A stretch of DNA of 64,000 nucleotides from an uncultured delta proteobacterium (GTDB taxonomy: Bacteria > Desulfobacterota > Binatia > UBA9968), in the NCBI GenBank assembly GCA_963745835.1, contig CAVUZH010000022.1, positions 288,001-352,000 on the forward strand. The letters are read 5' to 3'. The translations under genes and the position numbers were made by a program. Position 1 is the stretch's first letter. Every line of letters starts with the position of its first letter. The notes below the pieces were generated by a model. It was given only the letters and a program-made list of their open reading frames with translations, was not told the origin of the DNA and made no database searches. Positions 1 to 9,452 of the stretch are shown piece by piece.

Positions 1-85
1 TGCGAGAAACGATACGGTGGAAAAGAGGAGTTGGCAGGGGATTTAGATCGCGCTCAGCGCTACGTTCTGTCAGGACCTCATACAC
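1..85 (-). CDS. RelE/ParE-family toxin, N-terminal part (runs off window start)
   Basis: Manual translation from GTG at 85: (M)YEVLTERSAERDLNPLPTPLFHRIVSR, a typical RelE N-terminus; overlaps the antitoxin stop (GTGTATGA). Confidence 0.7.
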   Translation of the reverse strand, partial: MYEVLTERSAERDLNPLPTPLFHRIVSR

Positions 86-290
86 CAGCAGAAGCCTTTA
101 GGAAGTCTTCAAGCTTGCGGAATTTGAGCGGTCTCTTCCTCATTGCCTTTAGCGCCTTGAGGTCTTCCGCATCTTCTACTCGTTCAAGCAGTTCACGATA
201 CTCCTCAATGCCCAAAATGACCGCTGTCGGCTTTCCTCCGCGCGTCACTATTTCAGGATCTTTTCTTTTTCGTTTGGCTTTCATCAACAT
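78..290 (-). CDS. Phd/YefM-family antitoxin
   Basis: IVTRGGKPTAVILGIEEYRELLERVEDAED motif; directly upstream of the RelE-like toxin. Confidence 0.8.
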   Translation of the reverse strand: MLMKAKRKRKDPEIVTRGGKPTAVILGIEEYRELLERVEDAEDLKALKAMRKRPLKFRKLEDFLKASAGV

Positions 291-545
291 TCACCCGAGT
301 TTTCACAAGAGGACCATTGTCATGAAATTCCTTCAGATGATTAGTGTGCCACTGGGTCATGAGCGCTCGAAGCCCTGGGTTCAACTGCTTCGTCCGTCAA
401 ATCCGTTAAACTCAAATCAAGCTCGTTCAATCATGCTCCGGTTTGGAATTAGGAGCCTCACTTGTAAATCCTGAGTCGCCCGAGCTAGGCAGCTCGCGGA
501 GTCGTGATGATCTGGGACAGCACGGGATCCACTCGGGATGGTGCT

Positions 546-631
546 GTTCGAAACGTTCAATCGTTCAATCTATGCTCCGCCCGTTCAACCCGATTCACGT
601 CGTTCAACGTTCAACGGTTCAATCGTTCAAC
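546..631. repeat. Degenerate short-period GTTCAA(T/C) repeat array
   Basis: gttcaatcgttcaatc ... cgttcaacgttcaacggttcaatcgttcaac; further copies near 379 and 425. Confidence 0.6.
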
Positions 632-778
632 GAAAGAGCCGAACTTCCACGTTTCGGGAATTCTCGAAATGTCGAATGGCGGCGATGGTCAATTTCTTCC
701 GTAGCGTGAAGCTCGTTCGAGACTTAGGCAACTTGGGCAAGTCAAGCTCGCGGGAATGTTTGATGATCGAACGAGCAA

Positions 779-1114
779 TCACGCCGAGCGCACTCTGCCC
801 TCTTCCGGTACGAAACGAATTTCGACCCGGCATTTCATGGCAGCAGCTATTCGGTTGAGCATAACCAGAGAATGGCCCTCATAGTCGGCATTCTCGAGTC
901 GGCAGATGACGGATGCCGTGGTTCCGACGAGTTTCGCCAACTGCCGTTGTGTAAGCCCTGCTTCAGTCCGTAGAGCGTATATTTTACGTGCTACGTGGTC
1001 ATCAGCTCGAGCCTTTTCCAGATTCGCCAGCCGCTCCGGTTTACCCTCGTAATAACGACGATGGAGAACCTCGACGGCGTCGCTCGTGGGTCTGCGTTTT
1101 TTCCCGGCTTTCAT
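779..1114 (-). CDS. XRE-family HTH antitoxin (HigA-like)
   Basis: IYALRTEAGLTQRQLAKLVGTTASVICRLENADYEGHSL HTH; downstream of a Gp49/HigB-like toxin. Confidence 0.85.
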   Translation of the reverse strand: MKAGKKRRPTSDAVEVLHRRYYEGKPERLANLEKARADDHVARKIYALRTEAGLTQRQLAKLVGTTASVICRLENADYEGHSLVMLNRIAAAMKCRVEIRFVPEEGRVRSA

Positions 1115-1480
1115 CGCGCTCCTTTATAGGTATGCCGCTTTGGATTGGTTTCAACCGACGCTTACGTCCGACCGCTTCCTCAATGTCACGCGACGGCACC
1201 TCACGCTCCTTCACTAAACCATGAGACAACACGGCGATAATTTGCCCGTAAAAGAAGTAAAGAATGCGATAATTCATTCCTGTAAATCCGACACGTAACT
1301 CATAGATACCGTCTCTAAGATAATCAGCCTCGGGTCGGCGCAGCTCATGTCCCAAGTCGCGTAACCGCTCATCCGCACCCGGCACTTGTCTTGGACCTTT
1401 AACGGTAGACGGTCGAGCCACTTAAGTACCGGCACATTATTCGAGTCTTCCTGGTAGAAGACCACAGATGTCTTAACCAT
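1111..1480 (-). pseudogene. Gp49/HigB-like (RelE superfamily) toxin with two frameshifts
   Basis: MVKTSVVFYQED..PVLKWLDRL in one frame, ERLRDLGHELRRPEADYLRDGIYELRV..YRILYFF in another; adding one T near 1150 restores FETNPKRHTYKGAR* ending on an ATGA overlap with the antitoxin. Confidence 0.75.
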
Positions 1481-1743
1481 GTTGCGTTGGTTATGTTCGC
1501 ATTTTTGCGAATGGAGATCAAGGTAAACAGCGGCGGGCAATCGGTGCTAAGCATGAGTTATTGATTGTTTCCCACTGCAACTACCCCTTTGGGATTTCCG
1601 GGACGATCTCCGTCGGGGGGAATCGACAACGGAAAGGGAAATTTGAGCGCTTGAACGTGAATTGAGCCGTAGCGCGACCGAGCGGCTGGGACGTACCTGG
1701 CCCAGGTGGCAAATGCGATATCGATAGGCTAATCATTTAATCC

Positions 1744-2661
1744 ATGCGCATCTGTTCCTTGCTTCCGGGCGCCACCGAGATCGCCTGCGCTCTCGGATTG
1801 GCCGACGAGATCGTCGGCGTCAGCCATGAATGCGATTTCCCGGCGGCAGCTCGAAGCAAACCGGTGATGGTAAGGAGCCGGATCGATCCGACCACAATCG
1901 GCAGCGGCGAAATCGATCGACAAGTGGGCGATCTGCTGCGCTCAAAGCAGAGTCTGTACGCGCTTGATGAAAAACTATTCAAAGACAGTGAACCCGACAT
2001 CATTCTCACCCAAGGCTTATGTGATGTCTGCGCGCTGGATTACAACGACGTGGTCCAAGCGGCGCGCTCGCTTCCAAGAGATCCCTGCATTGTCTCGCTC
2101 GACCCGCATTGTCTGGATGATATTCTGAAAGATGTGTTCCGCATCGGCGAGGCGACCCATAGGTCGCGGCAGGCCGAGTCATTGGTTCAAAAGCTCAAAG
2201 GTCGAATCAAAGCGGTACGCGATCGAACGGCGCGGTCAGCTTCCCGACCACGAGTGGCCTGTTTGGAATGGTTTGAGCCCGTTTACATAGCGGGCCATTG
2301 GGTGCCCGAAATGGTCCAGATCGCCGGCGGCAACGACATCCTGGGAACTGCAGGCGAGCCTTCGGCCAAAGTCGAATGGGACGCGATCATCGCATCCCTG
2401 CCGGAGATCTTCATTTTAATGCCATGCGGCTTTGACCTCGACCGCGCAGTTCGCGAAAGTTCGTTGCTGAAGAATCGCGCGGGTTGGCAAACCTTGCCCG
2501 CGGTTAAAGACGGCCGCGTTTTCGCCGTCAGCGGTGCGGATTATTTTAGCCGGCCAGGGCCGCGTCTAATCGATGGCCTGGAAATACTCAGCCAGCTTTT
2601 CCATCCGCAACTATCTCCGGCGCCGATATCGTCTGATCTAGCTCAAAGGGTTAATCTTTAG
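1744..2661 (+). CDS. BtuF-like cobalamin/Fe-siderophore binding-fold protein
   Basis: MRICSLLPGATEI, VGVSHECDFP, AGHWVPEMV, YFSRPGPRL motifs. Confidence 0.85.
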   Translation: MRICSLLPGATEIACALGLADEIVGVSHECDFPAAARSKPVMVRSRIDPTTIGSGEIDRQVGDLLRSKQSLYALDEKLFKDSEPDIILTQGLCDVCALDYNDVVQAARSLPRDPCIVSLDPHCLDDILKDVFRIGEATHRSRQAESLVQKLKGRIKAVRDRTARSASRPRVACLEWFEPVYIAGHWVPEMVQIAGGNDILGTAGEPSAKVEWDAIIASLPEIFILMPCGFDLDRAVRESSLLKNRAGWQTLPAVKDGRVFAVSGADYFSRPGPRLIDGLEILSQLFHPQLSPAPISSDLAQRVNL

Positions 2662-2663
2662 CC

Positions 2664-3068
2664 ATGCGTCTGGCTCTTCTTTTTATCGGACTGCCTCTGC
2701 TGGAATTGTATATTCTGATCAAAATCGGCAGCTATCTCGGCCCATTTCTAACCATCGCGTTGATAATCTTCAGCGGGCTCTTGGGATTGTTGCTTGCCCG
2801 CTTCGAGGGCCTCAGAACCTTGCATCAGATCAGGCAAAACCTTTCGCAAGGTATTCTGCCGGCGGAAGAGATGCTTGACAGCGTGTTGATCTTTGCCGGT
2901 GGAGTTCTTTTTGTCGTACCCGGAGTAATCACCGACTTCGCCGCTTTGGTGCTCTTGATTCCTTTCACCCGAACCATTTTTAAGCGCTGGCTGCGGCGGC
3001 GATTCGACCGTATGGTCGAGCGCGGGAACGTACGGCTTCAGTATCAAGGAAGAAAACCGGATTTCTAG
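2664..3068 (+). CDS. fxsA: FxsA family membrane protein
   Basis: PLLELYILIKIG...LFVVPGVITDF...LLIPFTR signature. Confidence 0.9.
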   Translation: MRLALLFIGLPLLELYILIKIGSYLGPFLTIALIIFSGLLGLLLARFEGLRTLHQIRQNLSQGILPAEEMLDSVLIFAGGVLFVVPGVITDFAALVLLIPFTRTIFKRWLRRRFDRMVERGNVRLQYQGRKPDF

Positions 3069-3420
3069 CGGGCGAGACGACGGTGTTGGCCCGTACGATT
3101 AATCCAGTCTATCTTGAACTATCGCGAATGGGATTGGGAAGTTAAACCGCATCCCCCGACCGTCGAGAATAGTAGTGATGTATTCCCGGACTCCCGGATT
3201 CTCCTTCTCGCTTTCGAACAGTTGCTCAATACCGGCAAGGAGGCGATCTCCCCATACGTGACGAATTTTACAAATGAGCCAGGTTCTACGCGAGATCGCA
3301 GTGTAGCGTTCGTTCTACGCCTAACGCTTTGCGGTTGAACGGCGTCCCTTTCTGCCAGTCCGCTCCGGCCGTTGGTTAGGAGTCGATCCATCGCTTCTGG
3401 CTCTCTGTCGGGAACCTTTC

Positions 3421-3612
3421 CTAGTATACCTCAAACTTCTTGCGGCTTCCGCGCCTAGCCCGTTCTTGAAGGTACTCCATCGTTAACAGTGTCGCCATCT
3501 TTTCAGCAACAGCTGAGTTAACGAGTTGGTTGATAGAGACTCGCTCACGCCGAGCTAGGTCGCTCAGCTTTTTATGAAGAGAATTTGGAAGTCTCAAACT
3601 TAATGCACTCAT
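3421..3612 (-). pseudogene. Ribbon-helix-helix (HicB-like) antitoxin, C-terminus frameshifted
   Basis: LSLRLPNSLHKKL..LARRERVSINQLVNSAVAEK; the expected tail (ILGKVPDREPEAMDRL) continues in another frame past the stop at 3421. Confidence 0.65.
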
Positions 3613-3770
3613 TACAGCCCTCCTATGCGCTGAAGAAAGTCTCCAGGCGTCAGAATCCGCACATTAAACTTATCTGCTCCTCCAAAATCCCAAAGGTTGT
3701 AGGTGATGATGGCATCGCAGTTTCCGGCCACTGCCGCCTCCAATGAGTTTTGATGCGGTCGCCAGAAGCA
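3612..3770 (-). pseudogene. PIN-domain toxin C-terminal remnant
   Basis: WRP..LEAAVAGNCDAIITYNLWDF..ILTPGDFL matches a PIN toxin C-terminus; N-terminal part absent. Confidence 0.65.
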
Positions 3771-3904
3771 TGATTGCAGCATTCGAGCTACAAAATAGAG
3801 CTGCCACTGAACTTCGCATAATCTCCGCAACAGCGCGCCACGTTGACCAAGCGCAAGCACAAGTGATAGCTTCGGCGAAAAACCGATCGAGGAGATAGAT
3901 CGAT

Positions 3905-4636
3905 ATGAACGAAGTCATTATCGTAACCGGCGGCGCCGGTGGCATTGGTTCCGACTTGTGCCGCGGGCTTGCCAGCGATGGCTTGAAGGTGCTCATCGCC
4001 GATTATGCCAAGGAGGCGGCGGAAAAAGTCGCGGCCGAAATTCGCCAGTCAGGCGGAGAAGCCAGCGCCATTCAGGTCGATGTCGGCAGTCCGCAGAGCG
4101 TCGCCGCCATGATGGATCAAGCCATCGCCAAATACGGCGCGGTGGACTACGTTTTCTGCGGCGCAGGGGTAATGGATCGCATTGCGGTTGTCGACATGCC
4201 CGAAGAAGAATGGGACCGGGTCATGAGAATCAATCTCAAGGGAGTTTTTCTCTGTTCTCAAGCGGCCGCCAGACATATGATACCGAAGAAAAAAGGGCGC
4301 ATTTTGAGCATCGCCTCCGGGCGCGGCGTCGCCGGACAAGCTCGAGCAGCGCACTATGCCGCATCCAAAGCCGGCGTCATCGCCTTTACCAAATCATTGG
4401 CGATGGAATTGGCGCCATACGACGTCACCGTCAACGCGGTGTGCCCGGGAGCAACCGATACGCCGATGTCGAGGATCGGTTTCACACCGGAACAGTTCAA
4501 AAAGCGCGAAGAAGTTCCGCCGCTGCTGGACGGGCTCACGCAAAAGGACGAGATTGTCGGTCTGGTTAGGTATCTGCTGAGCGATGCAACGAGGTTCGTC
4601 ACAGGACAGACATTTTTTTTGCGCACTCCCAGGTAA
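3905..4636 (+). CDS. Short-chain dehydrogenase/reductase
   Basis: TGGAGGIG and YAASK motifs. Confidence 0.92.
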   Translation: MNEVIIVTGGAGGIGSDLCRGLASDGLKVLIADYAKEAAEKVAAEIRQSGGEASAIQVDVGSPQSVAAMMDQAIAKYGAVDYVFCGAGVMDRIAVVDMPEEEWDRVMRINLKGVFLCSQAAARHMIPKKKGRILSIASGRGVAGQARAAHYAASKAGVIAFTKSLAMELAPYDVTVNAVCPGATDTPMSRIGFTPEQFKKREEVPPLLDGLTQKDEIVGLVRYLLSDATRFVTGQTFFLRTPR

Positions 4637-4667
4637 GAAACTGGCGGCAAGAATCTGCAAGAACCTT

Positions 4668-4890
4668 GTTAGCCCTACTCCGACAATAGATGAGCGTTGT
4701 CAGCAGTGAGCGAGGATGGCGAGACTGGAAGCCGTGGGCAATCGAGCACGCAGTTGGCTCTGAGGCCTCGACGTACCAAAATATCACTTTTAGGGGAATG
4801 CGGGGTGGCCTTTAAGGCACTGTCCCATTGCCCACGGCTGCAGGGCTCGCTGGCCTCGTGGGATTCGAATAACATCGGATTAGGGTTAAC
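4668..4890 (+). mobile_element. Non-autonomous inverted-repeat element family A, copy 1 (~220 bp)
   Basis: Terminal inverted repeats gttagccctactccga / tcggattagggttaac; near-identical to 19596-19813 and (reverse) 25432-25650. Confidence 0.85.
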
Positions 4891-5017
4891 TGCCATAAAC
4901 CTATGACCGAGCGTTGGGGTGTGAACCAATCGGAAAATTGATCTCCAAGAAGATTAGATCTCTTGTCGATCCGCGGCAACTAACACAAATCCTCTAGATA
5001 GTAGCAACCCAGACACT

Positions 5018-5983
5018 ATGATCATCAACTGCGCCGCCTACGAGAACGGCCATAAGCTCGCCGACATTTCCGTCGAGGAGATACCTGCCTATATCAACCG
5101 GCCGGCGTGCTTCGTCTGGATTGCCTTGAAAGACCCGGAGCCGAGCGAGCTCGAAACCATGCAGAAAGTATTCGGACTGCACGAGCTTGCTGTCGAAGAT
5201 GCGCAACACGGTCATCAGCGGCCCAAAATCGAGGAGTACGGCGAGTCGCTTTTTGTAGTTTTGCACATGATTGAGTTCGCCGGGGATGAGCTCGTCGTCG
5301 GCGAAACAGAGATCTTCGTCGGCCGGAATTACGTCTTATCTGTTCGCCGGCAGGCGCAGCGCGGCTTCGTCGAGGTGCGCCAGCGTTGCGAGCGCGAGCC
5401 CGAGCTCATGAAGCACGGCACCGGGTACGTGCTCTATGCGCTGATGGATGCGGTAGTAGACCGCTACTTTCCCATCCTCGATGCTTTAGAAACGAATCTC
5501 GAGCGCATCGAAGAGCAAATCTTCGCTAACCAAAGCAGTCGCGCAAATATCGAGGATCTCTACGAACTGAAGCGTAAGCTGACCGTTTTGAAACATGCCA
5601 CCGAGCCTCTGATTGAAGCAATAACCCGTCTGTTCGGCGGCCGGGTGCCGCAACTATGTCTAAGTTTGCAGGATTACTTCCGTGATGTTTACGATCATCT
5701 AATCCGCTTGAATCAATCCATCGATAGCCTGCGCGACATGGTGGTAACGGCGATTTCAGTCAATTTGTCGCTCATCTCGATTCAGGAAAATGAGATTACC
5801 AAACGCTTGGGCTCCTATGCGGCGCTGATTACCGTACCGACCCTGATAGCTGGAATCTACGGCATGAATTTCCACAACATGCCTGAACTTGATTCGCCCT
5901 TCGGGTATCCGCTGGCGCTAATCACAATGGTCGTTATCGACGCTTACCTTTTCATCCGTTTCCGCAAAGCCGGTTGGTTGTAA
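5018..5983 (+). CDS. corA: Magnesium/cobalt transporter CorA
   Basis: HQRPKIEEY, YFRDVYDH, GIYGMNF..MPEL. Confidence 0.95.
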   Translation: MIINCAAYENGHKLADISVEEIPAYINRPACFVWIALKDPEPSELETMQKVFGLHELAVEDAQHGHQRPKIEEYGESLFVVLHMIEFAGDELVVGETEIFVGRNYVLSVRRQAQRGFVEVRQRCEREPELMKHGTGYVLYALMDAVVDRYFPILDALETNLERIEEQIFANQSSRANIEDLYELKRKLTVLKHATEPLIEAITRLFGGRVPQLCLSLQDYFRDVYDHLIRLNQSIDSLRDMVVTAISVNLSLISIQENEITKRLGSYAALITVPTLIAGIYGMNFHNMPELDSPFGYPLALITMVVIDAYLFIRFRKAGWL

Positions 5984-6003
5984 CGGCTTGGCGCGCACGC
6001 TTC

Positions 6004-6160
6004 GCAGGCCGCTGAAAAAGACCCATATAGTTTCGAAAAGATGAAATATGAAAGCTGAAAACTGAATTCCGCTTTCAGATTTCCGCTTTCATCCTTGTAA
6101 TTCACGCGCCTTGCACCTGGATCCTTTTGAGCAGCCTGCAAGAGGCATTTTTCAGCATCC
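6004..6160 (+). mobile_element. Non-autonomous inverted-repeat element family B, copy 1
   Basis: Ends CAGGCCGCTGAAAAA / TTTTTCAGCATCC; core gatgaaatatgaaagctgaaaactgaattccgctttcag shared with 12982-13140 (reverse) and 15646-15799. Confidence 0.8.
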
Positions 6161-6212
6161 GGCGGGATCGATCGTCGTTGACAGATCCGGACCGCCAACC
6201 AGCTAAGCGGCG

Positions 6213-6596
6213 TTAGTCGATATTGCCGGTGACACTATCGAAAGTGAAAGTAGGCTGGGTTCCGCTCGGCTTGGTAGCGCTGATTCTAAACGAAGACGGC
6301 GTGGGAACGGCAATCGTCAGGGCTACGCCGTCTGTTTGATTAAAGCCCGCGCTGACGATGGCGGCAACCGAAGTGGGGTATACCTTATTTTCGGCGAAGT
6401 AGGAGTCCATTGCCAGAGCGGCATTTTTGAGATCGCTTCTCATTTGGCTATCCACGGCGTGCGCCCGGTATGATAGAAATTGAGGGATGGCTATGGCTGC
6501 CAACAAGCCGATGATGGCAACGACCACCAGCAGCTCGATCAGGCTGAAGCCTTTGGCGTTGATAACGGTTTTAGGTTTTGAAGCTCGGAGGTGCAT
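6213..6596 (-). CDS. Type IV pilin (prepilin N-terminal cleavage/methylation domain)
   Basis: KG|FSLIELLVVVAIIGLLAAIAIPQF class III signal. Confidence 0.92.
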   Translation of the reverse strand: MHLRASKPKTVINAKGFSLIELLVVVAIIGLLAAIAIPQFLSYRAHAVDSQMRSDLKNAALAMDSYFAENKVYPTSVAAIVSAGFNQTDGVALTIAVPTPSSFRISATKPSGTQPTFTFDSVTGNID

Positions 6597-6684
6597 GACC
6601 AGTTGAATCGGCAGTCGCCGAGGTAAAACCTCTGTAGTTTAACATACATAACTTACCCGGAACACCAATTTCTTGACGAAGCGT

Positions 6685-7767
6685 CTAAGTTCCAAACATC
6701 GGCATGCGCGCTTGGGCGCCGCGCCGGTCGCACTCCTCGACAAAGATTCTATGCACCGCCGGGTCTTGGTCCTCATACTCGATTTGCGCTCCGCCTTTCT
6801 TCACGTCCTCACCGGTATCCTTCAAATCTTCCACTTTGAATTTAAACCCCCACGGCTTAAGCGCCAGGTAGCGGGCCGGCTCCGCTCCGGGATTGAAATG
6901 CTGGTGCCACCACTGCATCGGCGGCGTGAACATACTCATGCGGCCCCACTCCACGCGCTTCTTGCTTGGGTACCGTCCTTCCTCCCAGAGATACGAATAG
7001 CCGGAACCTGTCAGCATAACGATGTGCGCTCCCGCGCCATGACGATGCGCCTTTTTATACTTGCCGACTGGGAACTCTGATACGTGCGCGCTCATGGTGT
7101 TGTCGACAAATTCGAAGAGGGTCGTGCGGTTATCGCCGCCCCGTTCTTTGTAATCCTTGGGTTCGAAGCCCCACAGATCGGCGATAAAGTTCGACTCCCA
7201 CACCCGGCCTCTTTTAACCTCCGGCAGGTAGCGGCCGCCCTTACCCCACTCATCAGCGCCGCCGCTGTACCGGTCGGAGAAGACAAAAGGATTATTGAAG
7301 ACATAGTCGAGATTGCGGTAGCGGTTGATAACCACCGGAGAATCGGTCAGCGATATCATCCGCACCGGCTCGTTGCCCTGCGCATTGAAATGCTGGTGCC
7401 AGGTATTCAGCGGAGTCGAAAACAGGCTGCCTCTTTGCCACTCGAGTGTGTGTTTTTTGCCGCCTTCGTTCCAGATCGTCGTTGCGCCCTGCCCTTGCAG
7501 GATAAAAACCGCCTTCTCGAACATGTGGCGCTGCGGCTTGAGCTGTTTACCCGGCGCAATCTCCTCAACGACCGCGTCGCACATCCCGCCGGCGCCGTCT
7601 TGATTGACAAACGCGGCTTTACCGCCCGTGCGCTGCCAGTCGCCTAATTGAAGCGACAGGAGATCGTCGACAAAAAATCCTTTGTGCACCGGGATCTCTT
7701 CCCAATCCTGATAAATGTCATAAGGACTCTTTCTGGAAAAAGCCGAAACCTCGTTTAGATTTTTCAT
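6685..7767 (-). CDS. Bicupin protein (gentisate 1,2-dioxygenase-like)
   Basis: Two cupin repeats: QRHMFE..PLNTWHQHFN and AHRHGAGAH..PPMQWWHQHFN. Confidence 0.85.
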   Translation of the reverse strand: MKNLNEVSAFSRKSPYDIYQDWEEIPVHKGFFVDDLLSLQLGDWQRTGGKAAFVNQDGAGGMCDAVVEEIAPGKQLKPQRHMFEKAVFILQGQGATTIWNEGGKKHTLEWQRGSLFSTPLNTWHQHFNAQGNEPVRMISLTDSPVVINRYRNLDYVFNNPFVFSDRYSGGADEWGKGGRYLPEVKRGRVWESNFIADLWGFEPKDYKERGGDNRTTLFEFVDNTMSAHVSEFPVGKYKKAHRHGAGAHIVMLTGSGYSYLWEEGRYPSKKRVEWGRMSMFTPPMQWWHQHFNPGAEPARYLALKPWGFKFKVEDLKDTGEDVKKGGAQIEYEDQDPAVHRIFVEECDRRGAQARMPMFGT

Positions 7768-7816
7768 CTGCTGTCTCCTCCTGCCTAACGTTGCGTCCGC
7801 GAACTGCCGCTCCTAC

Positions 7817-8551
7817 TCAAGCGATCCGCTCCATGTAATAGCCCAGCGCGCCTCGATAAGCGCGATCGATAGCCATTGAATCGCGCGCTCCTTGCAAAAC
7901 CAACTGATGATCCTCGGGAGTCTTGACATAGCGCTCGAACATTTCCGAGATATTCTCCGAATGCTCAGTGTCGGCAACCACGTGCACATCGAGGGAAATC
8001 ATCTTTTTTAGATTGATGCCCAACTCGTTCTCAAATTTTTTGCCGACCCGAAAAGACATCCCGCCGCCCTTGACGATTTTTCCATTATTTCTGCGCTCGA
8101 GCATATGGGAGGCAGTGTAAGCCGTGAGCCAATGACCCCGAAGAGCAATGTGGTGCCAGGCATAAAAACAAGATCTCACCATCGGCGGGATTTCGGCCCG
8201 CTCGAAATCCTCCGGGTTGAGTCCGATGACCTCACCCTGCTTAACCGTGAGAGAGTAGTGATCCATGCCGGCGCGGGGATCGTTGATCAGTTCATCACTC
8301 TCATGCTCCCAGATGACTCTTTTCACTTCCAGAGGCGCGGAACCCTGCACGTATGCCCAGCAGTCGCGGCGATTGCTCGTGTACAGCGCGTTTTGAATGA
8401 TATAGAAGCGGGCGCGATTGATGTTGAGAGGCACGGAAAAAAAGCTATGGAACTCCTGAGAGTCGAACTGATCATTGACCATTGTATCCAATGTGTCCAG
8501 CAACTCATCAACGATAGTCATCGACCCTCCATTAGCGTCAAAAGACCTCAA
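7817..8551 (-). CDS. Heme-oxygenase-like diiron oxidase (PqqC/TenA/CADD superfamily), paralog 2
   Basis: WEHESDE..DH, MLE, HVVADTEH metal-ligand pattern. Confidence 0.7.
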   Translation of the reverse strand: MRSFDANGGSMTIVDELLDTLDTMVNDQFDSQEFHSFFSVPLNINRARFYIIQNALYTSNRRDCWAYVQGSAPLEVKRVIWEHESDELINDPRAGMDHYSLTVKQGEVIGLNPEDFERAEIPPMVRSCFYAWHHIALRGHWLTAYTASHMLERRNNGKIVKGGGMSFRVGKKFENELGINLKKMISLDVHVVADTEHSENISEMFERYVKTPEDHQLVLQGARDSMAIDRAYRGALGYYMERIA

Positions 8552-9264
8552 GGCAAAGCTTCCAGCAGTTCTGCGAGGTGATTACGATAGACGCGATCGA
8601 TCAGCAGACTCTCTTTGGCGCCGTTGATGATCGCCTGTCGGTTCGCTTCGGTTGTGGCGTATTTGCGCGCCACTTTCATCAGCAGGTGCGCATGTTCGAC
8701 GTCCATGACCACATGCTCGGCGTTACTTACTTGTTTTCTGAGCGGAATTCCCAAATCCCGCTCGAAGATCCCGCCAATACGGCGCGACAAAGAGCCGCCC
8801 TTGATCAATTCCGCCGAATTGCGAACTTCTAAAATGGCCGAGGCGGCAATGGCTTCGAGCCACGGCCGTTGCGCCAATCGTATCCACGCGCTGAAGCAAA
8901 CTACGCCGCCTTCAATGCACCAGGTTTGATCAAAAGCCTTGGCCGTTAATCCCAACACTTCGCCTTCTTTAACCGCTAAAGTAATATGATCCTGCTTGCC
9001 TTCACTTTCGTTGCCGATCAATTCATCTCGTTCATGCTCCCAGATAAGTTGCTTCACGTCCAGCGGCGACGAGCCCTGGACGAAGGCCCAGCAGTCGCGC
9101 CGATTCCCGACGTAGTACGCCAACTGAATCGAGTACTGCTGGGCGCGCTCGCGGGAAAATTTCAGGCTCAAAAGACGTTTGAACGGCGCCGATTCGTACT
9201 GACGATTCGCCAGGTCGACCACTTCGTCTCACAATTGTTTCGGGTCCTGCTCAGATAAACTCAC
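8548..9264 (-). CDS. Heme-oxygenase-like diiron oxidase, paralog 1 (in-frame TGA at 9229-9231 near the N-terminus)
   Basis: WEHERDE..DH, ILE, HVVMDVEH; shares NRRDCWA.VQGS.PL.VK with its neighbour; GGAGA-preceded GTG at 9264 lies upstream of the TGA (alternative start 9222). Confidence 0.65.
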
Positions 9265-9452
9265 AAAATGTTCTCCGTCCATGTTAGTTCGCCGCCGGCA
9301 CCGGATTTCCCGGTGTGCTCGCCAGCGGTTGTCCCGGCACTACACGCACTGCCGAGCGTCCGCATCGCTAATCGCACAAGCATCGCCATATTGGGAAGGT
9401 GCCTTGCGGTTACGTTTTCGCTCCTTGGGTCTCTTGACTTAAAACACCGTGC

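Noticed and set aside
627-833. Possible four-helix-bundle gene remnant beside the GTTCAA arrays
   Set aside because: No recognisable motif; overlaps the antitoxin end.
1540-1743. Cobalamin riboswitch upstream of the BtuF-like gene
   Set aside because: Only a CCCACTGCAACT fragment resembles it; the other conserved boxes are not in the right order.
4675-4929. Similar short ORFs at 4.7, 19.7 and 25.5 kb
   Set aside because: They are translations of the family A repeat, with inconsistent frames between copies.
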